A DNA stretch of 50,377 bases from the NCBI GenBank assembly GCA_903877395.1, contig CAIRDU010000254.1, positions 1-50,377 of the forward strand, in the 5' to 3' direction. A model generated the notes under the pieces. That model did not search any database and was not told where the DNA came from. It was given only the letters and a program-made list of their open reading frames with translations. The stretch is from an uncultured Planctomycetaceae bacterium. GTDB taxonomy: Bacteria > Planctomycetota > Planctomycetia > Pirellulales > UBA1268. Each line of letters begins with the position of its first letter. Position 1 is the first letter of the stretch. Positions 34,661-44,264 of the stretch are shown piece after piece. A program made the translations under genes and the position numbers.

Positions 34661-37228
34661 GTGGCCATGCTTCGATGCTCGTCTGCTTCTGTTCTGAGAC
34701 CATCTCTCCAATCCGTGTCTTTGCTCACTGCAGGGATCGTGGGGTTTTCGCTCTTGTGCCTCTGTCCGCTCCGTGTAACCGCTGCCGAACAGACCGCCGA
34801 ATCCAAACCAGCAGCGTCGCCTCGCACGCTCATGCGATTGCCTCGCTGGATTGAATCGCTCGGCGAACGAGCCGCCCGCAAGCCTGCACAACAGCCCGCA
34901 GCGTCGGATCACAAATCCTTGCAGCAAGGCCCTCTTGCGATCTCGCCGCAGGCCGTTGCCACAAAATCCCTCGCCCCGAAGGCCCCAGCGACGCAGCCTG
35001 CCGAAGAAACGCTTTCAGAGCAAATCACAACCGAAGAGACTCTGGAAAACGAACAAGCGAATGAGATCGATATTGCATCGACTCCCGCCTCCTCTTCAGA
35101 AGGAAAACCAGGCCGCGCACTCTTGCGTTCTCGAACGGCCGCGGAGCTTGACGCCCACACCACACTTACCAGCGGCTGGGGCGATCTCGTTGGTGAAACT
35201 ACGGGAATCACTTTAGGGGCTGATCCCGACTCGTTTGACTCCATCGATGAACCCACACCCGCGAAGGCCAACCTTGGCCCGGAAACGAGTGTTCTCAAGC
35301 GAGAAGCGCTAGAGCGCATGGCCGCGCAGCCGCAGCCTACCATTGCCTCTACGCCATCTTCTCCTCGTTCATCGGAGTCAACGACCTTTACAAATACCCC
35401 AGAGAAAGCCACTCCAAAACAAATCCCTAAAGGAAAAAAGTCTGCTCCCACACTCACCCAACAAACACGCAACATTCCGGTGCAAGCGGGCCATGGCTCA
35501 GATTCGATTCCACCAGTTGCCGCACCGCCAGAAGAAACGCCCACGCTGGCCATCGATCCAGCGAGCTTCCGCGGCGTCTACCCGGGCAAAACAACTCGCG
35601 AGGAACTCGAATCCGAATGGGGCGTCGGCGAACCATTTACCCGCGAAGATGGAACTGGCGGTTTCTTCTGGGAAATTGAACCCTTTGACCGCGTGGAGGT
35701 CACACTCGATGGCGATACGGTTGGGTCGATTCGAATCAAACTGGCCGGTCCAGTGGCTGTGTCCGAACTGTCCAAGCAGCTCGAGATCGCCGACCTTCGC
35801 ACCGTGTCGATTTTAGACGAGGATGGCGTATCGATCGGCGAGGTATTTCCGGAGCGTGGGGTAATCTTTAGCGTGAACCCAGGCACTCAGTCGGCGACGG
35901 CCGTCATGCTGGAACCACTCGACCCCGAGTCATTCGTGCTGCGGTCGGAAGGTGAGATCGACGAGAGCGTAGCCTATGCCATAGCAGACTTGCACTATGC
36001 GATTGAAATCGATCCACAGCATCTTCGTGCCCATCGGCTTCTCTTGGTGTTGATGTGCGAACAGGGACGATGGAAGCAGGCAAGCCGAATCGCAGCAGCA
36101 GCCGAAGCCCTCGACCCGCTCGACATCTGGACGCGGCTCAAGCATGCCGGTGTGCTCATGGCACTCAACCGAATTGAGGATGCCCGAGAAAAAGTGGCGG
36201 GAGTGAAGGCCCAAGAAAACATCTCCCCGCTCGTGATGGCACAGGCCGATCGCATGCTCGGCCGGATTGCCTTGGCATCCACCTCGCCCGATTATCAAAA
36301 AGCGGTGAGCCACTTCGAAGAGGCGATCCGAAAGGCAACGCCCCTATCGGCTAACCGCTCCACGTCGATCCAGAAGGCCGCCCGCGATGTGCTGCTCGAT
36401 GCCCATCTGGGCACGGCCCTGGCGATCGCCCGAGGAACATGGCAACAAAAAAGTAGAGTGATTCCGAAATGGATCGCACGCAGCGAAGCTATTCTGAGCG
36501 AACTGAAGTCGGACGACACCGACCGAGACATGATGGAATTACAGCTCTGCCGTGGGGCCTTGGCCGCATCAGCCGGTTCGGCCGACTCCATCGACGCATT
36601 GCCGTGGGTGAAGCGCCTCCTTGAAACACGCGATCGACTGGGCGAACACACAAGCGATCCGTGGCGGCAGAGGCAGATCGACTGGGAAATCGGAGAAGGA
36701 CTCAGCGATGCCCTCGTTGCCAGCCAGAAGCGAGGCGACGCATCCGACATGCTCGACAATGCCACGCTCACCGCGGCCTATCTGGAACGCGGCGCGACGC
36801 TACGGGAACTCACCGATGCAGAGCGGCGAAATGTTGGCGATTTACTGTTTCGAGTCGGCATTCTCCACAGCCTACAAAAGGGCGACCATGCAACTGCAGT
36901 CACGTGGTTCGACAAAGCCGTGCCGCTGTGGAACAACAACCCCAGCTTTGCAACCGACGGAGAACTTGGCCGTTTAGGCGAGTCGTTCGTCAGTATGGCC
37001 ATCTCCTACTGGCAGGTTGAACGGCGAGAAGACGCGCTGACAATAAGCCGCAAGGGCGTCGACTTGATGGTTGAAGCCGTCGATCAAAAGCAACTCGACG
37101 AACGTTCGCTTGCCGTCGCCTACGGCAATCTCTCCACGATGTATGCCGAGGAGGGGGACAACGATCAGTCGAAGACGTATGCGGAAATGGCCAGTCGCGC
37201 CGAAGCCACGGGCACCAAATTACAGTAG
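34661..37228 (+). CDS. Secreted/anchored TPR-repeat protein with a long low-complexity linker (about 855 aa)
   Basis: The start is GTG 34661, 8 nt after AAGGAG (VAMLRCSS...). The hydrophobic segment is LLTAGIVGFSLLCLCPL. A P/S/T/A/E-rich region of about 250 aa follows. The C-terminal half has TPR-like helical repeats (e.g. AIADLHYAIEIDPQHLRAH, AYGNLSTMYAEEGDNDQSKTYAEMA). Confidence 0.68.
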   Translation: MAMLRCSSASVLRPSLQSVSLLTAGIVGFSLLCLCPLRVTAAEQTAESKPAASPRTLMRLPRWIESLGERAARKPAQQPAASDHKSLQQGPLAISPQAVATKSLAPKAPATQPAEETLSEQITTEETLENEQANEIDIASTPASSSEGKPGRALLRSRTAAELDAHTTLTSGWGDLVGETTGITLGADPDSFDSIDEPTPAKANLGPETSVLKREALERMAAQPQPTIASTPSSPRSSESTTFTNTPEKATPKQIPKGKKSAPTLTQQTRNIPVQAGHGSDSIPPVAAPPEETPTLAIDPASFRGVYPGKTTREELESEWGVGEPFTREDGTGGFFWEIEPFDRVEVTLDGDTVGSIRIKLAGPVAVSELSKQLEIADLRTVSILDEDGVSIGEVFPERGVIFSVNPGTQSATAVMLEPLDPESFVLRSEGEIDESVAYAIADLHYAIEIDPQHLRAHRLLLVLMCEQGRWKQASRIAAAAEALDPLDIWTRLKHAGVLMALNRIEDAREKVAGVKAQENISPLVMAQADRMLGRIALASTSPDYQKAVSHFEEAIRKATPLSANRSTSIQKAARDVLLDAHLGTALAIARGTWQQKSRVIPKWIARSEAILSELKSDDTDRDMMELQLCRGALAASAGSADSIDALPWVKRLLETRDRLGEHTSDPWRQRQIDWEIGEGLSDALVASQKRGDASDMLDNATLTAAYLERGATLRELTDAERRNVGDLLFRVGILHSLQKGDHATAVTWFDKAVPLWNNNPSFATDGELGRLGESFVSMAISYWQVERREDALTISRKGVDLMVEAVDQKQLDERSLAVAYGNLSTMYAEEGDNDQSKTYAEMASRAEATGTKLQ

Positions 37229-37260
37229 GTTCAACGAGGGCAGGCTCACCACCGGCCCAC

Positions 37261-38007
37261 TTACAGCAAGCTCTCCAAGAGCAGCCGCATCTTTCGCAAC
37301 TCGGCCACTTGATCGACGCCATCCAGCGGCGGCAGGTGCACGCAGAGCGCTCGCTTGTAACCGACTCGCTCGAGTTGGTTGACAAGTTTTCCATACTCGA
37401 TACTGCCCTGCCCCACTCGCACCTGAAAGGCATCGGGCTTCGTGTCTCGCAGGTGTACATGGCAGACATACTTGAGAATGGAGTCCCACGACACAGGCTT
37501 CTTCTGGCCGAAAATAAAATGGCTGGGGTCGAGCGTTACGCCGAGGCCTGGCACGTTGCGGCAAAGGGATGCGGTCGTTTCGGTATCTTGCGTCATCCGC
37601 CCCGCCGTTGTCTTCACCCCCACCAGCACTCCCAAGCTCGACGCAATCGACACCATTTTGCGTAGCCGCTCGATCTCACCGTTAAACGGCGTGCCTAACT
37701 CGGAGGAGTCGACCACAATCGTCACGACTCCGAGCGACTTCGCCAGCTTGCAGCAGGCAGTGAAGCGGTCGTAGAGTTCCGGTGTTTCGGGTGCCGAAAA
37801 AGAAACGGCGACTGGCCGCAGTCGCTGTAAATCGCTGCACTCGGCGATGGCGAGTTCGGGATTGGCTGCGACCTTGCCTGGAGTGAGATGCTCGCCTTGC
37901 TCGTGCACATCGAGTTCAACGGCTGTGAATTCCAGTTCCGCCAACCGCTCCATAGACTTGGACAATGGTAGTTCGGGGAAACATTCTGTGCTAACACATA
38001 CAATCAC
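37261..38007 (-). CDS. Sugar phosphate isomerase/epimerase (xylose isomerase-like TIM barrel) family protein
   Basis: Segments VIVCVSTECFPELPLSKSMERLAELEFTAVELDV and CHVHLRDTKPD match the AP-endonuclease-2/xylose-isomerase-like pattern. The start is GTG 38007, preceded by GAGGAG. The longer track ORF (to 38538) runs antisense into sppA. Confidence 0.68.
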   Translation of the reverse strand: MIVCVSTECFPELPLSKSMERLAELEFTAVELDVHEQGEHLTPGKVAANPELAIAECSDLQRLRPVAVSFSAPETPELYDRFTACCKLAKSLGVVTIVVDSSELGTPFNGEIERLRKMVSIASSLGVLVGVKTTAGRMTQDTETTASLCRNVPGLGVTLDPSHFIFGQKKPVSWDSILKYVCHVHLRDTKPDAFQVRVGQGSIEYGKLVNQLERVGYKRALCVHLPPLDGVDQVAELRKMRLLLESLL

Positions 38008-38145
38008 GTCGCCACACTCCTCGTTCAGTGAATCATTCGCAAACAAACGGACACGTAGGCTAAAGGTAGCCGCCGGCGTGGAAAACTGCCAACATGTTGG
38101 CGCAGCGATTCGCTGAGGGCCAACGCACATTTGGAGAAAGCACCC

Positions 38146-39216
38146 ATGGATATCGATCGCACGCAGCCACCAACAAATCTTCCCATAACAGCCATTCCGA
38201 TCACGAGGGTCATCCTTGAGCAGGGTGGTCTCTGGGGCCGCTGGGGCACACGGATCGCGTGGTCGATTGCGGGAATGTCGCTGCTGGCCGCACTGGCCAG
38301 CGCCGGAGCAAATGCGCAGTACTTCCAGCGCGAAGCCAAGGTCGTTGAAAAATACCATTCTCTCTCCCGCATGGCTGTCGGGAAAGTGGCAATCGTGGAT
38401 GTTTCCGGCGCGATCATGGGGGGGCAGGGCTTTACTCGCTCGCAACTGGACAGGATCGAGGAAGACGAAAGCGTGAAGGCCATCGTACTGCGAGTCGATT
38501 CTCCTGGCGGCACCGTCAGCGGCAGTGATGAGATTCACTATCGACTGACGACCCTGGCAAAAAAACGTGGCCTGCCGGTGGTGGTCAGCATGGGGGGCAT
38601 TGCGGCCAGCGGCGGCTACTACATCGCAATGGCCAACGGTGGTCGCGAGAATGTGATCTTTGCCGAACCGGCCACGCTGACTGGATCAATCGGCGTGATC
38701 ATTCCCCACTTTGACCTCTCGAAGTTGATGAAGAAACTCGATGTGGATGACGATTCGATTGCCAGCGGCCCACTCAAGGAAATGCTCAGCCCTACGAAGC
38801 AGCGCACTCCCGAACTCGCCGCACGCGAACGAAAGATCCTCCAGAGTCTGGTCGACGAGATGTTTGGACGTTTTAAGGAAATCGTAAAGCAAGGGCGGCC
38901 CAAGCTCGACGACACCGAACTTGCAGCGGTCGCCACTGGCCAAATCTTCACCGCCAAGCAGGCGATCGCAGCCGGTCTTGTTGACACGATCGGCTTCCTG
39001 GAAGACGCCATCTTGCGTGCTGTTGAATTGGCCGACCTCACTGAATCGACTGCGCGTGTTGTCAAGTATTCCAGACCGAGAGGCATCCTTGACGAGGTGC
39101 TCGGCAACAGTTCCCCCGGGGCTCGTCTCACGCTTGAATCCTTTGCCGAGTGGACCACACCTCGGGCCTGGTATCTGTGCAGTTGGTGGCCGGCCCTCTT
39201 GGCAAACAACCCATAG
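38146..39216 (+). CDS. sppA: Signal peptide peptidase SppA (36K type)
   Basis: The N-terminal TM helix is AWSIAGMSLLAALASAG. ClpP-fold motifs SPGGTVSGSDEI and GGIAASGGYYIAMA (catalytic Ser region) are present. The start is ATG 38146, following GGAGA; the track start at 38131 is TTG. Confidence 0.87.
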   Translation: MDIDRTQPPTNLPITAIPITRVILEQGGLWGRWGTRIAWSIAGMSLLAALASAGANAQYFQREAKVVEKYHSLSRMAVGKVAIVDVSGAIMGGQGFTRSQLDRIEEDESVKAIVLRVDSPGGTVSGSDEIHYRLTTLAKKRGLPVVVSMGGIAASGGYYIAMANGGRENVIFAEPATLTGSIGVIIPHFDLSKLMKKLDVDDDSIASGPLKEMLSPTKQRTPELAARERKILQSLVDEMFGRFKEIVKQGRPKLDDTELAAVATGQIFTAKQAIAAGLVDTIGFLEDAILRAVELADLTESTARVVKYSRPRGILDEVLGNSSPGARLTLESFAEWTTPRAWYLCSWWPALLANNP

Positions 39217-39276
39217 CAACCAGTCGGCAAATGCCACCAACTGAACTCCGTGTGGCTCGTGCGGTTTTCCTTCGGC

Positions 39277-42200
39277 TCACACCTCGGGCTTTTGGAGCAG
39301 AGGATTTGCAGGCCCGCCTCGGGCTTCTGGAGCAGAAGAACGGCCGAGCACAATCGACTCGCCCAGCCTCCCAATGGCCGCATGATCTGCCGCAGTAAGC
39401 TTCGTGCCACTTGCACGGGATAAGGCTAGGCGACACCAACAGTCGGCGATGGGAATCGCCGAGTCGTCCCCGCGGGCATCTGCATGGTGAGCCACGGCCA
39501 GCACGCTGAGTAAATCTCGCATTTCGGCAGAGAGCGCACCGATTTCCAGTTGTCTAGCAGCCAGCCCCCTGCCATGCCGTCGAATGACACCATCCATCCG
39601 AATCGCAAGCCGTGCCAACAAACGCCTAGCCTCACGGGCGAACGCCCTGAGGGACTGATCCAAAATTGCATTGTCTTGCCCGACGCCACTCGAGCCCAAC
39701 CGTCCTGCTCGCCACACAAGCCATCCAACGGCGCGGCTCAAAGCCGACGCGTTAGAGTGTGCAGCCGACAGCGGATGGTGTTTGCAGAGCCCCTTGAACA
39801 AGGCAAGCCCTAAGAGGTCGCTCTCTCCCTCGTAAACCGTCACTGCGAGATGATCGTGCAGCGAATCACCCAGCGGATGACCGACGAGAAATGCGCGGCC
39901 GCCGTGCACGCCCAGCGCGTCGATGGCCGCTTCGCGAACGCACTGGCTGGCCACGATCTTCGCCGTGATCGCTTCCCACTCGCCAGTCTGACCTAAATCA
40001 ATACTTCGGGCGGCCCAAGCAGCCAGGCTGTCACAGGCCAGAGCGCTTGCGGCAATCCTAGCCAGCCTGCCCTGTACCAATTGCCGAGAACCGATCGGCG
40101 CAGACCACGTGTGTCGCTTGATCGCGTGATCCCTCGCCCCAGCCAGCAGGATGCGGAGCGTACCGGCGGCTTGGGCGGCGAGCGTCACGCGGCCGCGGTT
40201 GAGACCATGCCACACAATCTGCATGCCATCAGCAGGAATGCCATTGGCCATCGGCACGAGCAGGTCGGAAGCATGCACCTCAAAGCGATCGAACTCAATC
40301 GCTGCATTGTGGGCGTGCTTGAGTGGGTGGAGGGCGTAGCCACGGAGTCGAAACGTGACGGTGTCTTTTTCTGGCAGACGTACAAGCACAACGCTTGGCT
40401 GGCCATCTAGCAGTGCCAAGAGCTTGACCGTTCGGCCATATGTGGCCCCGGTAATAAACATCTTCGTGCCCGAGAGAAACAACCGGCCGTCCCGGCGAGC
40501 GATAGTCGTGCGAATCCTACTCAGATCACACCCCGCATCGGGCTCAGTGGCTCCAAAGATTGAGAGCGGGCTGCCCTGGGCCAACCCCGGCAGATAACGC
40601 AATTGCTGCTCGACCGATCCAAATGCCACCAGAGCAGAGACCGCACCGATTGAGGAGTGCACCGAGAGCATGCCGGCAGCCGTCGGCGCATTGGCTGCCA
40701 TCCGAGTGATCGCGTGGACCAATTCCAAAAGAGTGCCGCCGGAGCCGCCAAACGCCTCCGGAACAGCCAATCCCCAGAAGCCTGTTTCGCCCAGCGATTC
40801 CTCGGCCAAAACCGAGAACATGCCTTGCTGCAACTGAGGGGCATCGTCCAGCGGTGCACGGAATGCGGTCGACTGCTCGGGCAGCGATTCGTAGAGCCGT
40901 CGCGTGGCACGGAGGTGATCGATCTCGCGATCTGCCTGGTCCATCACGCCGAGAATCGCGTCGCGAGGCGTTTCAGCAGCGCGTGCCGCCGCCTCGGCAA
41001 ATCCACCATCACACACACTGCCTACTCGCCACACACTCGTAACAACCCACCCTGGATGGTCTGTGCGAGTACCGCAGCAAGGAGTCGGTTGCAAGCCGCG
41101 TGCGTGTACGTGTTCCGCTGGCAACACTTTCTGCTCGCAAGAGTGCTTGGCACTCGCCGATGCAATCGCCAACTCTGAATCGCTTGGCTTATCCGTACCA
41201 CAGACCACCGGTGGCATGCCGACGATTGCCATCCACGCTGGGTGCTGCAGCGAGGCTGCAGCATCGGTCACCCAGCGAAAGTGTTCGGCAATAGCGCGGC
41301 GTTGGAGCTTCAACGATGGGGTTGCCTCGCCTCGCGAGGTTTCGAAAGGACGCCCAATGAGAACGGCCCGTCGTACACGCCACGCACGAGGAAGATTCTG
41401 CTGGGACCGTGCGATGCGCCGTCCCAACCATGCCAGCACGCGTGGGTGGGTCATCGCCTGCCGACGGCCCAAGACCCGCACGCCCATTCGCCGCATCGCA
41501 GTTCGCAACACGTGAGGATCTGGCACAACGAGTGCCACTGTCCATGGCAATCCGTCTCCCAAAACGCACACCTGCGCCACAGCGGAATCTTCGGCAATCG
41601 CTCGTTCCACTTCGGATGGCGGCAGTTTGACTCCAGAAGCTAACACCAGTGTGTCAACCAACCGGCCGGTGATCCGCACGTGCCCGTGAGTATCGATCTC
41701 TGCAAGATCGCCAGTGGCAAGCCAGTCGGTATGTCCGCCGAAGCCACTCGTGGCAGATGAGCAGTCTGCCACAAACGGATCTTCGGCCGCGTCTAGATTC
41801 CGCTCGGGGTTGATCACGCCGATGGCACGACTGGGGGTGCGCACAAGTAACTGGCCAAGGGTTTGGGGCCGCGAGTCAATCGAGACTTCCACGCCCGCAA
41901 GCGGTGGACCCACGGTGCCTCTTCGCGAGTTCCTCGGGGTCGAAAGCGAGACAACAGGCCCTGCCTCAGCGAGCCCATACCCTTGCACAAGCGGCACGCC
42001 CAGAGATTCAAACACGTCGATCGTTCGCTGCCGCAGCGGCGCGCCTCCCGACACGCACACGCGTACGCGACCGCCAATCGCCGCGGCGAGATCTGGAATC
42101 GCTCCGGATTGCACGCCCCGCTCCAGACGTTCAAAGAATGCTGGCACGCCCAGAATAACGGTGGGTGACAACACAGAGCAGGCTTCTCTTATACGCCGCC

Positions 42201-43053
42201 GGTCTGTCACAACGCTCAAACAAGCGCCTCGCAAGATTGCAGTGGCCAGATCACCGGTATACGAAAGGCTATGGCTCATCGGCAGCCACGACAAACGCAC
42301 ATCGGCAGGGTCGTCCAGAAATAATTCGGCCGCAGCCAAGCTGTTGGCAGCCAAAGCCCGCTGGCAATGCAGCACGCCATGCGGTCGGCCGGTTGTGCCA
42401 GACGAGAGAAAAATGACCGCGCAGGCATCGGGGTCGCAGGCGATTGCACGTTGCTGCACATCCGCTCGTAAAGCCTGCCGATCGGCGAGCAACGTGCGCC
42501 AGTCGTCGGCCCAGAAGCCATGCTTGGCATCTCTCGGGCGCACGAGCCTATCGACTCGCCGATCTATCTGAATCGTCTCGGCAGGCATATCTCGCAACCG
42601 CATGCGTGCACCAACGCCGGTGTACACAATACCCTTGGGCTTGAGCCAAACTAATTGTTCTCGCTGTTCGCCTAGCGTGGCATCTGCGTGCAAGCTCACA
42701 GACACAATACCGGACAGGAGACAGGCCAGATGGGTCACAATCCAATCCACCGAGTGCGCTCCCACATGCGCCATTCGCTGGCCTCGCCGGAGCCCTGCTG
42801 CTTCGAACTGGCGGGCTTGGGCGACTGATGCTGCGATCACCTCGCCCCACGTCCATTCCCGTGTCGCTCCTAGGCTGGACTGGCTCCCCAGGTTCGACTG
42901 GCTCCCCAGGACATCCACCACCGCCCGCTTGCTGAACGAGTCATCCAGCCTCGCTAGCAAAAGATCCACCAACGATCGCACTGCTGGCCGATCATGGTTG
43001 GGCAGGCCATCCAGCCGCGCTGCTGCGCGTGCCGAAGCCGTTGTGAGCGTCAT
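39277..43053 (-). CDS. Fusion protein: AMP-forming acyl-CoA synthetase (N-terminal ~600 aa) plus acyl-CoA dehydrogenase (C-terminal ~550 aa)
   Basis: The adenylate-forming motifs are FLSSGTTGRPHGV, GYGLAEAGP, WLATGDLAEID..GRLVDT and PSLKLQRR. A linker of about 100 aa follows. The ACAD features are GFWGLAVPEAFGGSGG and VYEGESDLL (catalytic Glu position). It is one continuous 1258-codon frame. The ATG overlaps the fadA stop in an ATGA arrangement. Confidence 0.85.
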   Translation of the reverse strand: MTLTTASARAAARLDGLPNHDRPAVRSLVDLLLARLDDSFSKRAVVDVLGSQSNLGSQSSLGATREWTWGEVIAASVAQARQFEAAGLRRGQRMAHVGAHSVDWIVTHLACLLSGIVSVSLHADATLGEQREQLVWLKPKGIVYTGVGARMRLRDMPAETIQIDRRVDRLVRPRDAKHGFWADDWRTLLADRQALRADVQQRAIACDPDACAVIFLSSGTTGRPHGVLHCQRALAANSLAAAELFLDDPADVRLSWLPMSHSLSYTGDLATAILRGACLSVVTDRRRIREACSVLSPTVILGVPAFFERLERGVQSGAIPDLAAAIGGRVRVCVSGGAPLRQRTIDVFESLGVPLVQGYGLAEAGPVVSLSTPRNSRRGTVGPPLAGVEVSIDSRPQTLGQLLVRTPSRAIGVINPERNLDAAEDPFVADCSSATSGFGGHTDWLATGDLAEIDTHGHVRITGRLVDTLVLASGVKLPPSEVERAIAEDSAVAQVCVLGDGLPWTVALVVPDPHVLRTAMRRMGVRVLGRRQAMTHPRVLAWLGRRIARSQQNLPRAWRVRRAVLIGRPFETSRGEATPSLKLQRRAIAEHFRWVTDAAASLQHPAWMAIVGMPPVVCGTDKPSDSELAIASASAKHSCEQKVLPAEHVHARGLQPTPCCGTRTDHPGWVVTSVWRVGSVCDGGFAEAAARAAETPRDAILGVMDQADREIDHLRATRRLYESLPEQSTAFRAPLDDAPQLQQGMFSVLAEESLGETGFWGLAVPEAFGGSGGTLLELVHAITRMAANAPTAAGMLSVHSSIGAVSALVAFGSVEQQLRYLPGLAQGSPLSIFGATEPDAGCDLSRIRTTIARRDGRLFLSGTKMFITGATYGRTVKLLALLDGQPSVVLVRLPEKDTVTFRLRGYALHPLKHAHNAAIEFDRFEVHASDLLVPMANGIPADGMQIVWHGLNRGRVTLAAQAAGTLRILLAGARDHAIKRHTWSAPIGSRQLVQGRLARIAASALACDSLAAWAARSIDLGQTGEWEAITAKIVASQCVREAAIDALGVHGGRAFLVGHPLGDSLHDHLAVTVYEGESDLLGLALFKGLCKHHPLSAAHSNASALSRAVGWLVWRAGRLGSSGVGQDNAILDQSLRAFAREARRLLARLAIRMDGVIRRHGRGLAARQLEIGALSAEMRDLLSVLAVAHHADARGDDSAIPIADCWCRLALSRASGTKLTAADHAAIGRLGESIVLGRSSAPEARGGPANPLLQKPEV
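39282..39351. repeat. Imperfect 35-bp tandem duplication at the 3' end of the synthetase-dehydrogenase fusion gene
   Basis: cctcgggcttttggagcaga (39282-39301) recurs as cctcgggcttctggagcaga (39317-39336), matching at 19 of 20 positions with a 35-nt offset. The two copies are therefore read in different frames: ...LLQKPEV* and ...SAPEARG. Confidence 0.6.
42875..42910. repeat. 18-bp in-frame tandem duplication (LGSQSN/LGSQSS) in the N-terminal region of the fusion gene
   Basis: ctggactggctccccagg and ttcgactggctccccagg are adjacent and match at 16 of 18 positions. Confidence 0.8.
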
Positions 43054-44264
43054 GGTTCCACCCGCTCAAAAAGTACGGCAATCCCCTGGCCCAAGCCGAT
43101 ACACATCGTGGCAAGGCCGAGTCTCGCGTGCATGTCTCCCATGGCATGAATGAGCGTTGTGGCAATCCGTGCGCCGCTGGCCCCCAGCGGATGTCCAATC
43201 GCCAGCGAACCGCCCCGCACGTTCACCTTCGCCGGATCAACGCCCAACTCCTGGATGCAATAGATCGCCTGTGCGGCAAATGCTTCGTTGATTTCAATCA
43301 GATCGATGTCTCCGATCGCAATGCCGGCCCTCTCAAGCAGTTTCCGTGTTGCGGGCACGGGCCCAGTGCCCATCATCGCTGGCGGCACGCCGATCACGGC
43401 AGTGGCCACCACGCGTACTAACGGCACAAGCCCTTGCCGCATCGCCTCCGCCTGCGACATCACAACCAATGCCGCAGCCCCATCGCTCAACGGTGCGCTT
43501 GTGGCTGCTGTGATCGTGCCAAGTTTCGGCAGAAACACAGGCCCCATCGCCGCCATTACCGCCAGGCTTGCGTCTCGCCGAACCGACTGGTCGTCGATTG
43601 CCTCAACGAGGCCGCCCGCCTCATCGTGGCCGATGGTAGAAACGATCTCGTTCTCAAAAAGTCCGTTGTCGGCAGCCTGCGCGGCCTTCCGATGGCTGTC
43701 GACCGCATAGCCCTCCTGCGTCTGCCGCGAGATGCCGTGCGTGGCCGCCAGATGCTCCGCTGTCATCCCCATCGAAAGCATGCCGCGGCTGGATCTGGCA
43801 AATGCCTGGGGATGTATGTCGATCGCAGAATCCATCGGCAGGTGATGCATGTGCTCCACCCCCCCCACCACCTGCACATTTTCCGCGCCTGCGGAAATCG
43901 AATGGCATGCCTGCGCCAGCGATTGAAGTCCTGAACCACAGAGCCTGTTGACAGTCGTGCCAGCCACCGACAGCGGCAAGCCCGCGAGCAACGCTACGAT
44001 TCTGGCCACATTCCCACCCAGTTCGCCTCGCTGCTGAGTCGCCCCAAACACTACGTCCTCGATTGTTTTTGGATCGACTCCACTCCGGTCGACCACGCTT
44101 TTTACAACTGCCGCAGCCAGTGCATCGCCTCGCACCAAGCGAAACAGGCCTCGCTCTGGATGCGAGCGGCCGATAGCCGTGCGACAGCAGGCCACAACAA
44201 CAGGCACTCGCTCGGCAGCCATCTGCAAGGCGGTTTGGACAGACGAGCGACTCGTGGCGTTCAT
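43050..44264 (-). CDS. fadA: Acetyl-CoA C-acyltransferase (3-ketoacyl-CoA thiolase)
   Basis: The active-site Cys region is VNRLCGSGLQS. Motifs NEAFAAQ, GHPLGASGARI and the C-terminal MCIGLGQGIA are present. It is 404 aa, with ATGA overlaps at both ends. Confidence 0.92.
   Translation of the reverse strand: MNATSRSSVQTALQMAAERVPVVVACCRTAIGRSHPERGLFRLVRGDALAAAVVKSVVDRSGVDPKTIEDVVFGATQQRGELGGNVARIVALLAGLPLSVAGTTVNRLCGSGLQSLAQACHSISAGAENVQVVGGVEHMHHLPMDSAIDIHPQAFARSSRGMLSMGMTAEHLAATHGISRQTQEGYAVDSHRKAAQAADNGLFENEIVSTIGHDEAGGLVEAIDDQSVRRDASLAVMAAMGPVFLPKLGTITAATSAPLSDGAAALVVMSQAEAMRQGLVPLVRVVATAVIGVPPAMMGTGPVPATRKLLERAGIAIGDIDLIEINEAFAAQAIYCIQELGVDPAKVNVRGGSLAIGHPLGASGARIATTLIHAMGDMHARLGLATMCIGLGQGIAVLFERVEP

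Noticed and set aside
41714-42571. 285-aa plus-strand ORF inside the synthetase-dehydrogenase gene (also 33424..34257 inside hemY, 43654..44430 inside fadA, 38619..39416 inside sppA, 22809..23441 inside ilvB, 46108..46776 across the fadB start)
   Set aside because: Each is antisense to a gene with clear enzyme motifs, and each has a Ser/Arg/Pro/Ala-rich low-complexity translation. All were treated as shadow ORFs.
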